Shown here: one piece after another, positions 43,642-55,848 of the stretch
Layout of the letters: the number at the start of each line of letters is the position of its first letter
Position numbering within the stretch: the first letter of the stretch is position 1
Assembly: GCA_903918115.1 (NCBI GenBank)
Contig: CAIXDG010000207.1
Coordinates: 16,111 to 80,110 of the forward strand
DNA: 64,000 nucleotides
Reading direction: 5' to 3'
Source of the DNA: an uncultured beta proteobacterium
GTDB lineage: Bacteria > Pseudomonadota > Gammaproteobacteria > Burkholderiales > Burkholderiaceae
Made by a program: the position numbers and the translations under genes
Notes under the pieces: generated by a model
What the model was told of the DNA's origin: nothing
Databases searched by the model: none
What the model saw: the letters and a program-made list of their open reading frames with translations, nothing else

Positions 43642-44634
43642 TTACGCCTTGCTGGGTTTAGCCCGTGGATGAGCCAAATCGTAGGCCTGCGCCAAATGCT
43701 GAAAATCAAGGGCGGTATAAATTTGGGTACTAGCGATGCTGGCATGGCCCAGCATTTCCTGGACTGCCCGTAAGTCATGTGAGGATTGCAAAACATGGCT
43801 AGCAAAGCTATGGCGCAACATATGGGGGTGCACATGGGTTGGCAGGCCTGCACGGATGGCTAAGGTGCGCAGCCTTGCCTGCACCGTGCGTGGGGCTAAA
43901 CGTTGGCCTTTAGCGGAAATAAATAAAGCTGGGCTGGGTGACTGAAGGTCGGCGGCCTGTAGAAAGTTCCGCCACGCCCGTAATGCATTCATCGCCGGTA
44001 AACCTACAGGGATGCTCCGGCGCTTGCCGCCTTTTCCCAGAACCGTTACTTCTGCCGCATCCCAATCTAGCCAGCCTGCAGAGGCCTCCTTACGATCGCG
44101 ACTAATTAACACATCAATACCAAGTACTTCTGATAAACGCAAACCAGAGGAATACAACAACTCAATTAAAGCGGCATCGCGAATCGAATCTAAGTCTTGT
44201 TTTTCTCCCGCCTCGCTCTGGGCTTGCTGCACTAGGGCAATTGCCTGCTCTACCGACAGCGCCTTGGGGAGCGGCTTATTCCGTTTTGGTGCCTTCACAT
44301 CTGCAACTGGGTTAGCCAATAAGTGAATTTTGTTCATGCGTTTTTTTTCTGCGCTTTGCTGACCCAGCCAATCAAACCAGCCGCGCCATGCAGATAAGGC
44401 TCGCGCAATACTCCGTGGCGCTTGGTTTTTTGCATGTAAGCGTGCCGCCCAACGCCGCACCTGTGCATTAGTAGCGCTCAGTAAGTCACCGCTATCTTCA
44501 TGGGCAAGCAGTTGTAGTTGTCTTAAGTCGTGCTGATACGCCGTCAGCGTATGGGGCGAGAGTTGTCGTAATACATGCAACTCCTGCAGGTAGGCTTGCG
44601 CAAGTGGCGGAAGATCAGGCGGAGGCTGGCTCAT
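43642..44634 (-). CDS. xerC: Tyrosine recombinase XerC
   Basis: ELLYSSGLRLSE, GKGGK, HPHMLRHSFASH and LGHASIASTQIYT motifs. Downstream of DUF484. Confidence 0.9.
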   Translation of the reverse strand: MSQPPPDLPPLAQAYLQELHVLRQLSPHTLTAYQHDLRQLQLLAHEDSGDLLSATNAQVRRWAARLHAKNQAPRSIARALSAWRGWFDWLGQQSAEKKRMNKIHLLANPVADVKAPKRNKPLPKALSVEQAIALVQQAQSEAGEKQDLDSIRDAALIELLYSSGLRLSEVLGIDVLISRDRKEASAGWLDWDAAEVTVLGKGGKRRSIPVGLPAMNALRAWRNFLQAADLQSPSPALFISAKGQRLAPRTVQARLRTLAIRAGLPTHVHPHMLRHSFASHVLQSSHDLRAVQEMLGHASIASTQIYTALDFQHLAQAYDLAHPRAKPSKA

Positions 44635-45289
44635 AAGCGCGCACACGATCGAGTGCAGCAGCAGTTAACTCCGCAATTTGGCGTAAATAAAAAGCGCCCA
44701 TATCTGCCGTAAAGCGATTAGCGTCTTTACTCGCAAGCAATAGCACTGCGGGCGCTGCTGCACTGCTCAAGGGTAAACCAATCGCCACTAAACTTTGCCA
44801 TTGATCATCGATTGCGATTTGCGTCGCAAGTAAATCAATGCTTGCTGCCGGCAATTCTTTGGCAGAGCCACACAATGGGCTTTCTAACCAAGACGAAAAA
44901 AATGGCTGGGGCGGCAACACCAACGCTGCATCAACTTCAAATACTTCAGCTAAACCCGTTGTGACTGCTGTCTCAACCTCAAAGCGAGTATTTGCCCGCA
45001 TAAGCAATAACAACCATGCTACTAAGCCTTTTTGGGTTTTATCATTGCGGCTACCAAAATGCAGCATTTCACTAAGCCGGCGATTCAGCTCTTGATTTTG
45101 GGTGCGCAAGATCGACATCTGCCGCTCTTGTAATGAAATAGCGCTACCACCATGGGGATGCTTTAAGCGAATTTCATTTAATAAATCAGCATAGCGCTCG
45201 AAAAATTCAGGGGTAGCTCGCAACCAATCGGCAACTAGAGCCTCTTGCTCAGCCTGCTTGGAATCAATTGCGCTGTGATTAGAACTCAT
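44615..45289 (-). CDS. DUF484 (YigA-like) protein
   Basis: VADWLRATPEFFER, HPHGGSAISLQERQ and RFTADMG motifs. Adjacent to xerC. Confidence 0.85.
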   Translation of the reverse strand: MSSNHSAIDSKQAEQEALVADWLRATPEFFERYADLLNEIRLKHPHGGSAISLQERQMSILRTQNQELNRRLSEMLHFGSRNDKTQKGLVAWLLLLMRANTRFEVETAVTTGLAEVFEVDAALVLPPQPFFSSWLESPLCGSAKELPAASIDLLATQIAIDDQWQSLVAIGLPLSSAAAPAVLLLASKDANRFTADMGAFYLRQIAELTAAALDRVRAYEPASA

Positions 45290-45298
45290 TCCATCTTC

Positions 45299-46765
45299 CT
45301 AACTTAATTTTTTACGTAATAAATCGTTCACTTGTTGAGGGTTGGCCTTGCCTTGAGAGGCCTTCATAATTTGCCCTACCAAAGCATTAAATGCTTTTTC
45401 TTTGCCGGCCTGAAACTCTGCAACTAATTTAGCATTGTCTGTCATCACTTGATCAATTAAGCGCGCTAACTCACCACTGTCGCTAATTTGTCGCCAGCCA
45501 CGCTGATCAATGATGGCATCAATCGTACTGCTCTTTTGGCCAGTGCTAGCCTCATCCCACAAAATGGTAAAAATATCTTTGGCAATTTTGTTTGAAATCG
45601 TGCCGTCAGCCACACGCTCTAGTAATGGCGCTAAATCGTTAGCACTAAGCGGTGAATCACTCGCTGCTAAGTTAGCGCGATTGAGTGCCGAAGCAAGCTC
45701 TCCGGTAACTAAATTGGCAGCAACCTTTGCCATCGGCTGACCCACCAAACCAACAAGGGCATTAAATAATTGTGCCGTCGCCCGATCTTGCGATAACAAT
45801 TGCGCATCGTAGGCAGAAAGGCCGAACTCTTTTTGCCATTGGTTGCGCACGGCATCTGGCAGGATGGGCATACCAGCGCGCACTTGGGCGACCCATGCCT
45901 GATCAATTTGTAAAGGCAATAAATCAGGATCAGGAAAATAACGATAATCATTAGCGTCTTCTTTACTGCGCATGCTACGCGTTTCTTTCTTATCCGGATC
46001 ATACAAACGTGTTTCTTGTCTAACCTCGCCACCGTCTTCGATCAATTCAATTTGGCGACGAATTTCATAATTCATCGCCTCTTCCATAAAACGAAACGAA
46101 TTCAGATTTTTAATCTCACAACGCGTGCCTAATTTATCCGACCCCATTGGCCTCACTGAAACATTGGCATCACATCGAAATGAGCCCTCTTGCATATTGC
46201 CATCACAGACATCTAGCCAAACAACCAAGCTATGCAGGGCTTTCGCATAGGCCACGGCCTCTTCTGCGCTGCGCATCACGGGTTCAGTCACGATCTCTAG
46301 TAATGGTGTACCTGCACGATTTAAATCGATACCACTGGAGGGCTCGCCATGGGGCCCAATAAAATCTTCATGCACTGATTTTCCTGCGTCTTCTTCTAAG
46401 TGAGCGCGGGTGAGTTGAATCAACTTACTCTCGCCATTAAAAATAATTTCGACTTGTCCACCCAGGACGACCGGAATTTCATACTGGCTAATTTGATAGC
46501 CTTTGGGTAAATCAGGATAAAAATAATTTTTGCGCGCAAAAATACTGACAGGTGCGATGGTTGCGCCAATTGCTAGACCAAAACGAATTGCATGCTCGAC
46601 CGCTTGGCGATTTAACACCGGCAGCACTCCAGGTAACGCCAAATCAACTGCGCAGGCTTGGGTATTTGCAGGCGCGCCAAAATGCGTACTTGCGCCGCTA
46701 AAAATTTTTGATTGGGTTTTTAATTGCGTATGTGTTTCTAGCCCGATGACCACTTCCCATTCCAT
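45299..46765 (-). CDS. gatB: Asp/Glu-tRNA amidotransferase subunit B
   Basis: [23 protein letters not shown] and [10 protein letters not shown] motifs. ATG 46765 is coupled to the gatA stop. Confidence 0.97.
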   Translation of the reverse strand: MEWEVVIGLETHTQLKTQSKIFSGASTHFGAPANTQACAVDLALPGVLPVLNRQAVEHAIRFGLAIGATIAPVSIFARKNYFYPDLPKGYQISQYEIPVVLGGQVEIIFNGESKLIQLTRAHLEEDAGKSVHEDFIGPHGEPSSGIDLNRAGTPLLEIVTEPVMRSAEEAVAYAKALHSLVVWLDVCDGNMQEGSFRCDANVSVRPMGSDKLGTRCEIKNLNSFRFMEEAMNYEIRRQIELIEDGGEVRQETRLYDPDKKETRSMRSKEDANDYRYFPDPDLLPLQIDQAWVAQVRAGMPILPDAVRNQWQKEFGLSAYDAQLLSQDRATAQLFNALVGLVGQPMAKVAANLVTGELASALNRANLAASDSPLSANDLAPLLERVADGTISNKIAKDIFTILWDEASTGQKSSTIDAIIDQRGWRQISDSGELARLIDQVMTDNAKLVAEFQAGKEKAFNALVGQIMKASQGKANPQQVNDLLRKKLS

Positions 46766-48285
46766 TACGCCACCTCGCTCGGCTGCCGCAGATGCCAATC
46801 GCTAGCCTGCTGATATTGATGGGCAATTTGCAAGAGTCGGGCTTCGGCAAAATAATTACCGATCAGTTGCATACCAATGGGTAAGTTATTTTGATTAAAG
46901 CCACAAGGCACACTCATTGCTGGCAAGCCAGCCAAGTTGGTTGATAAGGTATAGATATCGGCCAAATACATTTGCAAGGGGTCTTGGGTTTTTGCTCCTA
47001 AAGGCCATGCAACATCGGGCGCCACTGGTCCTAAAATGACATCACACTGCTCAAACGCAGTCTGAAAATCAGCGGCAATAATGCGGCGTATTTTTTGCGC
47101 TTGTAAATAATATGCGTCATAGTATCCGTGCGATAAAACATAGCTGCCAATTAAAATGCGCCGCTTGACTTCTGCACCAAAACCTTCGCTACGGGATTTT
47201 TTATACATCTCTTGAAGATCAGAATACTGCGCGGTGCGATGGCCAAAACGAACACCGTCAAAACGACTCAAATTACTCGAAGCTTCAGCGGGGGCAAGCA
47301 CGTAATAAACCGGGATAGATAATTTTGTTTTAGGTAAAGTGACGGCGCATAAAGTAGCGCCTAAGGCGGCTAGCTGCTGCGCGCCGGCTTCAACTGCTTG
47401 CGCTACTTCGGGCGCTAAGCCTGCGGCAAAAAACTCGGCAGGCAAGCCAATGCGCAAACCACTTAAAGGCTTTGCTGCATTATTAATTTGCGGCTCACTC
47501 CAGCCTTGGTGCAAATAACGGCTATAGTCTTCGCCCGAATCGGCTAACGAAGTTGAATCGCGTCCATCATGAAATGACATGGCACTTAAAAGTAACGCGC
47601 AATCTTCTGCGCTCTTGCCAATGGGGCCCGCTTGGTCTAAAGACGATGCGTAGGCAATCATGCCGTAGCGTGACACCCGCCCATAGCTTGGCTTGATACC
47701 CGTTAGCCCACATAGCGCCGCTGGCTGACGAATCGAGCCACCTGTATCCGTGCCTGTAGCTATTGGGGTTAGTCCCGCGGCAACAGCTGCTGCCGAACCG
47801 CCGGATGAGCCCCCCGCTACGCAGGCTGGATTCCATGGATTGAGCACAGCGCCATAAGCCGAGTTTTCATTTGATGAGCCCATTGCAAACTCATCCATAT
47901 TGGTTTTACCCAAACAGACCATGCCTGCGGCAGTTGGATTTTCCTCGTCCGGTAGCCCTAAACGAGCCACCACTGCAGCATCAAATGGGCTTTGATAATC
48001 CTTAAGCATCTTGGAGCCTGCCGTAGAGTGCCAGCCCCGAGTGACAAAAACATCCTTATGCGCTACTGGTATGCCAGTTAAAGGGCCGCCTAAGCCGCTT
48101 GCCAAGATGTTGTCGGCCAGATCTGCTTGGGCCAAGCTCAAAGCAGGATTGACATCCAAAAATGCATTCCAGCGCTTACCCTGAGCGATGCGCTCTAAAA
48201 AATAGCTAGTTAACTCGCGGCTAGATACCTGCTTGGCGGCTAAGGCCTTCGATAAGAGGGCTACAGTGGCGGTATGCCAACTCAT
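46765..48285 (-). CDS. gatA: Asp/Glu-tRNA amidotransferase subunit A
   Basis: [20 protein letters not shown] and [10 protein letters not shown] amidase signature. Confidence 0.97.
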   Translation of the reverse strand: MSWHTATVALLSKALAAKQVSSRELTSYFLERIAQGKRWNAFLDVNPALSLAQADLADNILASGLGGPLTGIPVAHKDVFVTRGWHSTAGSKMLKDYQSPFDAAVVARLGLPDEENPTAAGMVCLGKTNMDEFAMGSSNENSAYGAVLNPWNPACVAGGSSGGSAAAVAAGLTPIATGTDTGGSIRQPAALCGLTGIKPSYGRVSRYGMIAYASSLDQAGPIGKSAEDCALLLSAMSFHDGRDSTSLADSGEDYSRYLHQGWSEPQINNAAKPLSGLRIGLPAEFFAAGLAPEVAQAVEAGAQQLAALGATLCAVTLPKTKLSIPVYYVLAPAEASSNLSRFDGVRFGHRTAQYSDLQEMYKKSRSEGFGAEVKRRILIGSYVLSHGYYDAYYLQAQKIRRIIAADFQTAFEQCDVILGPVAPDVAWPLGAKTQDPLQMYLADIYTLSTNLAGLPAMSVPCGFNQNNLPIGMQLIGNYFAEARLLQIAHQYQQASDWHLRQPSEVA

Positions 48286-48575
48286 TCAAGCACGCGGGGT
48301 ACGAGAAAATAGCCGTCTTCTTGAGCTGGGGCTGAACGCATATTCGCCGTCCGTTGATCAGTTTCACTAACCTGATCGAGGCGGAGTGGCTGAGCCAAGT
48401 CACGTAAAAAAAGAATGGGGTGCGCCAGGGGTTCGCAAGCGCTGGTATCCACCGCTTGCATTTCGGCAACCAAAGCAAAAATAGCCTGTAACTGGGGCAA
48501 AAGTGCCTCAGCCTCGGGTTCGCTCAGTTCGAGCCTAGAAAGGTGCGCAATGCGCTGGACTTCATCGAGTTTCAT
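48282..48575 (-). CDS. gatC: Asp/Glu-tRNA amidotransferase subunit C
   Basis: [10 protein letters not shown] and [14 protein letters not shown] motifs. First gene of gatCAB. Confidence 0.94.
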   Translation of the reverse strand: MKLDEVQRIAHLSRLELSEPEAEALLPQLQAIFALVAEMQAVDTSACEPLAHPILFLRDLAQPLRLDQVSETDQRTANMRSAPAQEDGYFLVPRVLE

Positions 48576-48612
48576 GGGGCGCTAGGGTATCATTCTTCTT
48601 TATCTTCATTAA

Positions 48613-49680
<1,068 letters not shown>

Positions 49681-49704
49681 GTAACCGTTTACTCGGTCAG
49701 AGCC

Positions 49705-50649
49705 TTGCAACATAGCGCTCCGCCACTTTTTAAACAGGGCATTTCAGCTCTCGTTAAACTTTTTGTCTGTCTTGCAATTAGTTTGACATTGATGATCATG
49801 GACTTCCGTTTTCATACGCTAGATCCAGTGCGTAATCAAGTCAATTGGCTCTTGCGGCCACTTGAATATGTCAGCCTTACGCCACGCCTGTTCTTCGATT
49901 GGACAAGTAATTATTTCACTACCCGCGGCGAACTCGAACGTGAAAATCAAAGTATCAAACTGCGCCAATCTGAACTAGCACTACTTGCTACTCAAGGCGA
50001 ATTACTTTTAGCTGAAAATCAAAATTTACGTCAGCTACTTAATTTCCAAAAACAACTTACTTACAAAACCTTGCCGGTAGAAATTTTATTTAATCCCCCG
50101 AATCCAATTTCACAACGCATTGTGATTAATCGTGGCAGCAATGATGGCCTGAAGGCGGGTAACCCAATTGCGAATGATGCTGGTATTTTGGGACAAGTCG
50201 TGCGCATTTATGAAAACTCTGCTGAGGTATCGCTGCTCGAGGATCGTGATTTTGCAGTGCCAGTTCAGGTGGCTCGCAATGGTTTGCGTGCCGCTGTTTT
50301 TGGTACGGGTCGTAGCAATCCTTTGGAGCTAAGATATTTGCCAGTCGCTAGCGATTTAGAGGTGGGTGACATTCTTTTAACCTCAGGAATTGATGGCACC
50401 TATCCCCCTGGGTTTGCTGTTGCCATGATTACCCGAATCGAACGGAATCTAGAAAAAAACTCCTCAAATGTATTTTGTGTACCGATTGCTCCTGTGAATC
50501 GCTATCGCCATGCACTCGCCTTGCTGTATGAAACACAAGTCGATGCTAAACCTACGCCTCAGAAGTCTTCTAGCAATCCAACGGGCCCAACTGATAACGC
50601 CGGGTTTGCTCCCGGTCGCCGTCAAACACGCACCAAAGGCATGCAATGA
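49705..50649 (+). CDS. mreC: Rod shape-determining protein MreC
   Basis: TM segment, coiled coil ENQNLRQLL, LTSGIDGTYPPG. Operon position. Confidence 0.93.
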   Translation: MQHSAPPLFKQGISALVKLFVCLAISLTLMIMDFRFHTLDPVRNQVNWLLRPLEYVSLTPRLFFDWTSNYFTTRGELERENQSIKLRQSELALLATQGELLLAENQNLRQLLNFQKQLTYKTLPVEILFNPPNPISQRIVINRGSNDGLKAGNPIANDAGILGQVVRIYENSAEVSLLEDRDFAVPVQVARNGLRAAVFGTGRSNPLELRYLPVASDLEVGDILLTSGIDGTYPPGFAVAMITRIERNLEKNSSNVFCVPIAPVNRYRHALALLYETQVDAKPTPQKSSSNPTGPTDNAGFAPGRRQTRTKGMQ

Positions 50650-51173
50650 TCGACTTTCAAAGTGGCTACATCCTCCGTCCAGTAAATCGTGTATTTATCT
50701 ATGTCAGTTTATTTTGCGCTCTTCTACTCAATCTTTTGCCGCTGGGTAACTATGCTTGGGTACCCGATTTTTTAGTGCTGGCACTTATTTTTTGGAATAT
50801 TCATCAACACCGCCTAATCGGCGTTATATCTGCATTTGCACTTGGCTTACTGATGGACGTACATAATTCGGATTTATTAGGCATTCATGCTTTTAGCTAC
50901 TCACTAGCCGCATATTTAGCTGTGACTTGGCACCGGCGCATTATTGCCTTGCCAGTTGTTTCGCAAGCACTACACATCATCCCCTTATTTTTATTAGTAG
51001 CCCTTTTTCCCCCGCTAATTCATTGGCTCTTGAGCGGGACGATTTATTGGTGGGCAATTGGTAGCGGTGTTTTACAAACCCTGATTGAGGTTCTGCTTTG
51101 GCCAGTTACTACCCGCATTTTATTAGCACCGCAACGTCGCCCGCTACATGTTGATCATACTCGGCCCCTTTAA
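50646..51173 (+). CDS. mreD: Rod shape-determining protein MreD
   Basis: Hydrophobic; PDFLVLALIFW and GLLMDV motifs. Operon position. Confidence 0.9.
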   Translation: MIDFQSGYILRPVNRVFIYVSLFCALLLNLLPLGNYAWVPDFLVLALIFWNIHQHRLIGVISAFALGLLMDVHNSDLLGIHAFSYSLAAYLAVTWHRRIIALPVVSQALHIIPLFLLVALFPPLIHWLLSGTIYWWAIGSGVLQTLIEVLLWPVTTRILLAPQRRPLHVDHTRPL

Positions 51174-51182
51174 ATTTTAAGT

Positions 51183-53093
51183 ATGGGCGCACTGAAAAAA
51201 CCAGATTTAGGCTCCTTTCAAAAGCGTATCTACATTGCTACGCTATTTGTTTCTTTTTGTTTTTTACTTTTACTATCTCGGCTAGTGTGGTTGCAGCTTT
51301 TTAGTCACCATAAATACGCTACCTTGGCTGAAAGTAATCGCATTGCTATCGTGCCGGCGCCAGCGAATCGCGGCTTACTAATCGATCGCAATGGTATTGT
51401 CATCGGCCGTAACTATTCGGCCCTAACTTTAGAAGTGAACGCTGGCGAAGTTCAAGGCAGTATCGATGGCTTAATCGATTCTTTAGCAAAAATTGTTTTA
51501 ATTACGCCGCGCGATCGTAAAAATTTCAAGCGTTCTTTGGAAGATTCTCGCAACATGGGCACCATTCCCTTGCGCTCGATGTTGACTGATGCAGAAACTG
51601 CCCGCTTTATGGCAAATCGCTATCAATTCCCTGGGGTTGAAATTCGGGCGCGCAGTTTCCGCGAGTACCCTTATAACGAACTTGGTTCCCATCTCATTGG
51701 TTATATTGGTCGCGTATCGCAACGCGATAAAGAGCGCATGCTAACTGAAATAGAAACAGCGCGTCCTGATATTGACCCCTATGCACTGCAGGCGTCTTTT
51801 TTATCTGGCATTCAATACGTCGGCAAAATTGGCCTTGAACAAAGTTATGAGCCAGTATTGCGTGGCACTCCAGGAATTGATCAAGTAGAAATTACTGCTG
51901 GCGGTAAGCCAGTTCGCACCTTGGCCAGCTTTCCTTCAACCCCAGGGAAAAATGTTGTGCTTTCAGTAGATATTAAATTACAGTATTTAGTCGAAGAACT
52001 GTATGGCAACTTTCGTGGCGCCTTTGTAGCCATTGAACCCGCTACTGGTGATATTTTGGCTTTTGTTTCCAAGCCTAATTTCAACCCCAATGACTTTGTT
52101 GAGGGCATCGATTCCGTTACCTGGAAAGAGTTAAACGAATCAAAACAAAAACCCCTTTATAACCGGCCATTAAAAGGCATTTATCCCCCTGGTTCTACCT
52201 ATAAACCCTTTATGGCTTTGGCAGCGCTCGAAAATAATAAGCGCAAGCCGAGCGATGCGATTTCTGATCCAGGCTTTTTTAATTTTGGTAATCATACTTT
52301 TAGGGATGATAAAAAGGGGGGGCATGGTACGGTTGATATGCAAAAATCGATTGTGGAGTCTTGCGATACCTACTATTACACTTTGGCTCGGGACATGGGT
52401 GTCGATATGATTCATGACTTTATGAAGCCCTTGGGTCTTGGACAAATTACTGGCATCGATTTAGAAGGTGAGAACCGGGGCATTTTGCCTTCCACTCAAT
52501 GGAAAAAAACAAACTTTAAAAAACCCGAACAGCAAAAATGGTATGAAGGCGAAACTATTTCTCTGGGCATTGGTCAAGGCTATAACACCTTTACAATTTT
52601 ACAATTGGCCCATGCGCTTGCTAATATTGCCAATAACGGCGTAGTGATGAAGCCGCACCTCGTTAAGGCGATTGAAGATCCCTTTACGCGGCAAAAAGAA
52701 TTAACCACGCCTAAAGAAAGTTATCGCCTGCAATTCAAGCCAGAAAATATTGAGGTAATTAAAAAAGCCATGATTGAAGTAAACCGCTCTGGAACCTCTG
52801 CTGCTGTCTTTAAAGATGCGGCGTACCAAACTGGCGGAAAAACCGGCACCGCGCAAGTATTTAGCCTCAATTCACAAGAATATAAGCACTCTGCCACCAG
52901 TGAATATTTACGTGATCACGCCCTTTATATTGCGTTTGCGCCTGCTGAAAAACCAACTATCGTGATTGCCATGGTGGTTGAAAACGCTGGCTTCGGGGCC
53001 CAATACGCCGCCCCAATCGCACGTAAAGCACTTGATTATTATCTTGAAGGTAAATGGCCAAAGGGGGTTCCTGAATGGAAAAGGGCACCCTAA
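51183..53093 (+). CDS. mrdA: Penicillin-binding protein 2
   Basis: PGSTYK (SxxK), SCD and KTGTAQ motifs. Confidence 0.96.
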   Translation: MGALKKPDLGSFQKRIYIATLFVSFCFLLLLSRLVWLQLFSHHKYATLAESNRIAIVPAPANRGLLIDRNGIVIGRNYSALTLEVNAGEVQGSIDGLIDSLAKIVLITPRDRKNFKRSLEDSRNMGTIPLRSMLTDAETARFMANRYQFPGVEIRARSFREYPYNELGSHLIGYIGRVSQRDKERMLTEIETARPDIDPYALQASFLSGIQYVGKIGLEQSYEPVLRGTPGIDQVEITAGGKPVRTLASFPSTPGKNVVLSVDIKLQYLVEELYGNFRGAFVAIEPATGDILAFVSKPNFNPNDFVEGIDSVTWKELNESKQKPLYNRPLKGIYPPGSTYKPFMALAALENNKRKPSDAISDPGFFNFGNHTFRDDKKGGHGTVDMQKSIVESCDTYYYTLARDMGVDMIHDFMKPLGLGQITGIDLEGENRGILPSTQWKKTNFKKPEQQKWYEGETISLGIGQGYNTFTILQLAHALANIANNGVVMKPHLVKAIEDPFTRQKELTTPKESYRLQFKPENIEVIKKAMIEVNRSGTSAAVFKDAAYQTGGKTGTAQVFSLNSQEYKHSATSEYLRDHALYIAFAPAEKPTIVIAMVVENAGFGAQYAAPIARKALDYYLEGKWPKGVPEWKRAP

Positions 53094-54217
53094 AAAAATG
53101 GTTTGGACAACTATTTTTTGGTTTTGATCGACAGCTTGGGCTAATATTTTTAGGCCTCGCTGCTATTGGCTTCATTACTTTTTTGTCAGCAGGCGAAAAT
53201 ACAGCTGTACGTATTGAAGATGAAATACGTAATTTTGTCTTAGCCTTCATTTTGATGTGGCTAGTTTCTTGGATTCCCCCTAAATGGCTCGAAGTCGCAG
53301 CTGTATGGGTTTATAGCGTGGGCTTAGCACTATTGCTTGCTGTTGCTGCATTTGGCTTAATTAAAAAAGGCGCGCGGCGTTGGCTCAATCTTGGTGTGGT
53401 AATTCAGCCTTCCGAAATTATGAAAATTGCCATGCCCCTAATGCTGGCTTGGTATTTTCAAAAACGGGAAGGCGTACTGAAAACCTGGGACTATGCCATT
53501 GCAGGATGTTTATTGGCTTTGCCCGTCTTCCTAATTGCCCGGCAACCCGACCTAGGTACTGCCTTATTAGTCTTAGCGGCCGGCCTATATGTCATTATTC
53601 TGGCGGGCTTTCCGTGGCGCTGGATTATTCCAGTAGTGGTTGTCGCTGTTATCGGCATTATTTTAATTATTAGCTTTGGGAACACCATTTGCACGCCCGA
53701 GATGATCTGGCCCTTAGTTAAAGAGTACCAAAAGCATCGCATCTGCACTCTTTTGGACCCGTCTAGCGACCCCCTTGGCAAAGGTTTTCATACTATTCAA
53801 GCAATTATTGCAATCGGCTCGGGAGGACTTTTTGGTAAAGGCTGGCAGTTGGGCACGCAAGCACACCTCGAATTTATTCCCGAAAAGCATACTGATTTTG
53901 TATTTGCGGTTTACTCGGAAGAGTTCGGTCTCATTGGCAATATTGTTTTACTAGGTTTATTTTTTGCGTTAATTAAACGTGGCTTGGCTATCTCAGCAAG
54001 TGCGCCAACTTTGTTTACAAGATTACTTGGCGCCTCAATTACCTTAATTTTCTTTACTTATGCTTTTGTCAATATTGGTATGGTAAGCGGCTTGCTGCCT
54101 GTCGTTGGGGTGCCCCTACCTTTTATTAGTTATGGTGGCACTGCGCTTGTGACCCTGGGTTTTGGCGCTGGGATTTTATTAAGTATTCATCGCCACCGCC
54201 GCTTAGTACAAACTTAA
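53075..54217 (+). CDS. rodA: SEDS peptidoglycan glycosyltransferase RodA
   Basis: GARRW, QPSEIMK, QPDLGT, PEKHTDF and PFISYGGT motifs. Confidence 0.95.
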   Translation: MEKGTLKKWFGQLFFGFDRQLGLIFLGLAAIGFITFLSAGENTAVRIEDEIRNFVLAFILMWLVSWIPPKWLEVAAVWVYSVGLALLLAVAAFGLIKKGARRWLNLGVVIQPSEIMKIAMPLMLAWYFQKREGVLKTWDYAIAGCLLALPVFLIARQPDLGTALLVLAAGLYVIILAGFPWRWIIPVVVVAVIGIILIISFGNTICTPEMIWPLVKEYQKHRICTLLDPSSDPLGKGFHTIQAIIAIGSGGLFGKGWQLGTQAHLEFIPEKHTDFVFAVYSEEFGLIGNIVLLGLFFALIKRGLAISASAPTLFTRLLGASITLIFFTYAFVNIGMVSGLLPVVGVPLPFISYGGTALVTLGFGAGILLSIHRHRRLVQT

Positions 54218-54278
54218 ATTCCCTTGTAAGCCATATATTACCTGGCTAGAGGCCTGAGTAAGATAATCGAATGCCAAT

Positions 54279-54304
54279 AAAAAAGCCCGGCTAGCCGGGC
54301 TTTG
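54279..54304. terminator. Intrinsic terminator between convergent rodA and HU genes
   Basis: AAAAAAGCCCGG-CTAG-CCGGGCTTT. GC stem with a 6-U tract on the minus strand and a 3-U tract on the plus strand. Confidence 0.85.
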
Positions 54305-54319
54305 CTGTATGCAAACGAA

Positions 54320-54604
54320 TTACTTCTTACGCTTATTAACAGAATCTTTAAATGCTTTACCTGCAGAAAACTTGACAGTTTTAGCTGCGGCAATTTTTAA
54401 AGGCTCACCCGTTTTTGGGTTACGTCCCATGCGTGCAGCACGCTTGCCAGATGAGAAGGTACCAAAACCAATTAACTGTACCGAGTCGCCCTTAGTAACT
54501 GCTTTAATAATATTTTCAATCGATGAATTTAATGCAAATTCAGCTTTCGCTTTTGAAATTTCGGCATCGTCAGCAATTGCTGCGATTAGTTCTGCTTTGT
54601 TCAA
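54320..54604 (-). CDS. hup: HU family DNA-binding protein
   Basis: [19 protein letters not shown] and FSAGKAFKD motifs. TTG start at 54604 with AAGGAG SD. Confidence 0.95.
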   Translation of the reverse strand: MNKAELIAAIADDAEISKAKAEFALNSSIENIIKAVTKGDSVQLIGFGTFSSGKRAARMGRNPKTGEPLKIAAAKTVKFSAGKAFKDSVNKRKK

Positions 54605-54718
54605 GTGAGGCTCCTTGTGGATTAGTTTGCGCACATTGCGCTACTAGGATTTTAACCACAATTTATTCCAAAAATAAAGTCTATTCGAAAAAATTCTATA
54701 TAGAATAAACCCTGAGAG

Positions 54719-55081
54719 CTAATCCAATACAATGAGCTCAGTGACAAAATATTCCGTCTCTCCAAAACAACTAGTCGGTAAGCCAATGTGCTGTTCGTAC
54801 TTTAATGCAACTTTTTTGCCTAAATTTGCATTAATTTTCTGGGCTACTGCATCATTCCGCACTGTAAAAAGGAATTTTTCGGACATTGTTCCTGGCATTG
54901 AAACCATCGCCAATTCACCTTCCCAAGTTTTGCAAATAAAGCCACGGTTCGAGAATTTTTGCACATAGCCAGCTCGCTCGCCACTAGAATAGCTCCAATT
55001 CAAGGTAGCCCAGGTATAGGCAGCCAATAAGCCCCCTATCACTAGCAGGGGCAAAAGTAGGTATTTAAATAGCTTGACCAT
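54719..55081 (-). CDS. Conserved hypothetical membrane-anchored protein
   Basis: N-terminal TM helix then YSSGERAGYVQKFS.RG..CKTWEGEL. Function unknown. Confidence 0.7.
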   Translation of the reverse strand: MVKLFKYLLLPLLVIGGLLAAYTWATLNWSYSSGERAGYVQKFSNRGFICKTWEGELAMVSMPGTMSEKFLFTVRNDAVAQKINANLGKKVALKYEQHIGLPTSCFGETEYFVTELIVLD

Positions 55082-55132
55082 GTGTTTCTTTCGTTTCTCT
55101 TGGTAATTTAAAAGTACTTTAAACTTTACTCT

Positions 55133-55804
55133 ATGTCAGCCAAAACTTCAGACAAAACCCTTGAGCAGCTTTTTAAAAATAATCGCCAATGGGCCGAAAA
55201 GCGCATTAAACAAGATCCCAGTTTCTTTAAGCGCCTAGTTAATCAGCAGGCCCCTAAGTACCTCTGGATTGGCTGTTCTGATAGCCGAGTACCCGCCAAT
55301 GAGATTGTTGATCTGCTTCCGGGAGAGCTCTTTGTCCATCGCAATGTGGCTAACGTAGTGGTCCATACAGATCTCAATTGCCTCTCAGTTTTACAGTTTG
55401 CGATTGATTTACTAAAAGTTGAACATGTTTTAGTTGTTGGCCATTATGGCTGTGCTGGTGTGCATGCAGCACTTAGCGGCCGGCGCGTCGGACTTGCTGA
55501 CAATTGGTTACGGCATGTCAAAGATGTAGGTCAAATGCATGAGCGCTATTTAGGGGAAGCCCTATCAACCGCAAAAAAACAAGATCGCTTATGCGAACTC
55601 AATGTGATCGAACAAGTAGTGAATGTCTGCGAAACGACCATCGTGCAAGATGCCTGGTCGCGCGGACAAGAATTAACTATTCATGGCTGGGCTTACCGTT
55701 TAGAAAATGGCCTTATTAACGATTTAGGCATGACCGTTGGCGCTCCCGCTGAACTGGCTATTGCCCACTCTAATAGTCTCGCTCGTTATCAAGCAGAAAA
55801 ATAA
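55133..55804 (+). CDS. can: Beta-carbonic anhydrase
   Basis: GCSDSRVP, HRNVAN and GHYGCAG Zn-ligand motifs. Confidence 0.95.
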   Translation: MSAKTSDKTLEQLFKNNRQWAEKRIKQDPSFFKRLVNQQAPKYLWIGCSDSRVPANEIVDLLPGELFVHRNVANVVVHTDLNCLSVLQFAIDLLKVEHVLVVGHYGCAGVHAALSGRRVGLADNWLRHVKDVGQMHERYLGEALSTAKKQDRLCELNVIEQVVNVCETTIVQDAWSRGQELTIHGWAYRLENGLINDLGMTVGAPAELAIAHSNSLARYQAEK

Positions 55805-55848
55805 CAAGGTGCGCCGGGCGGTTCTGTCTTTACTAATGTGGGGCAGTT

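Noticed and set aside
43642-44634. Tyrosine recombinase as a prophage or island integrase
   Set aside because: Sequence and DUF484 linkage fit housekeeping XerC. No att repeats or cargo genes.
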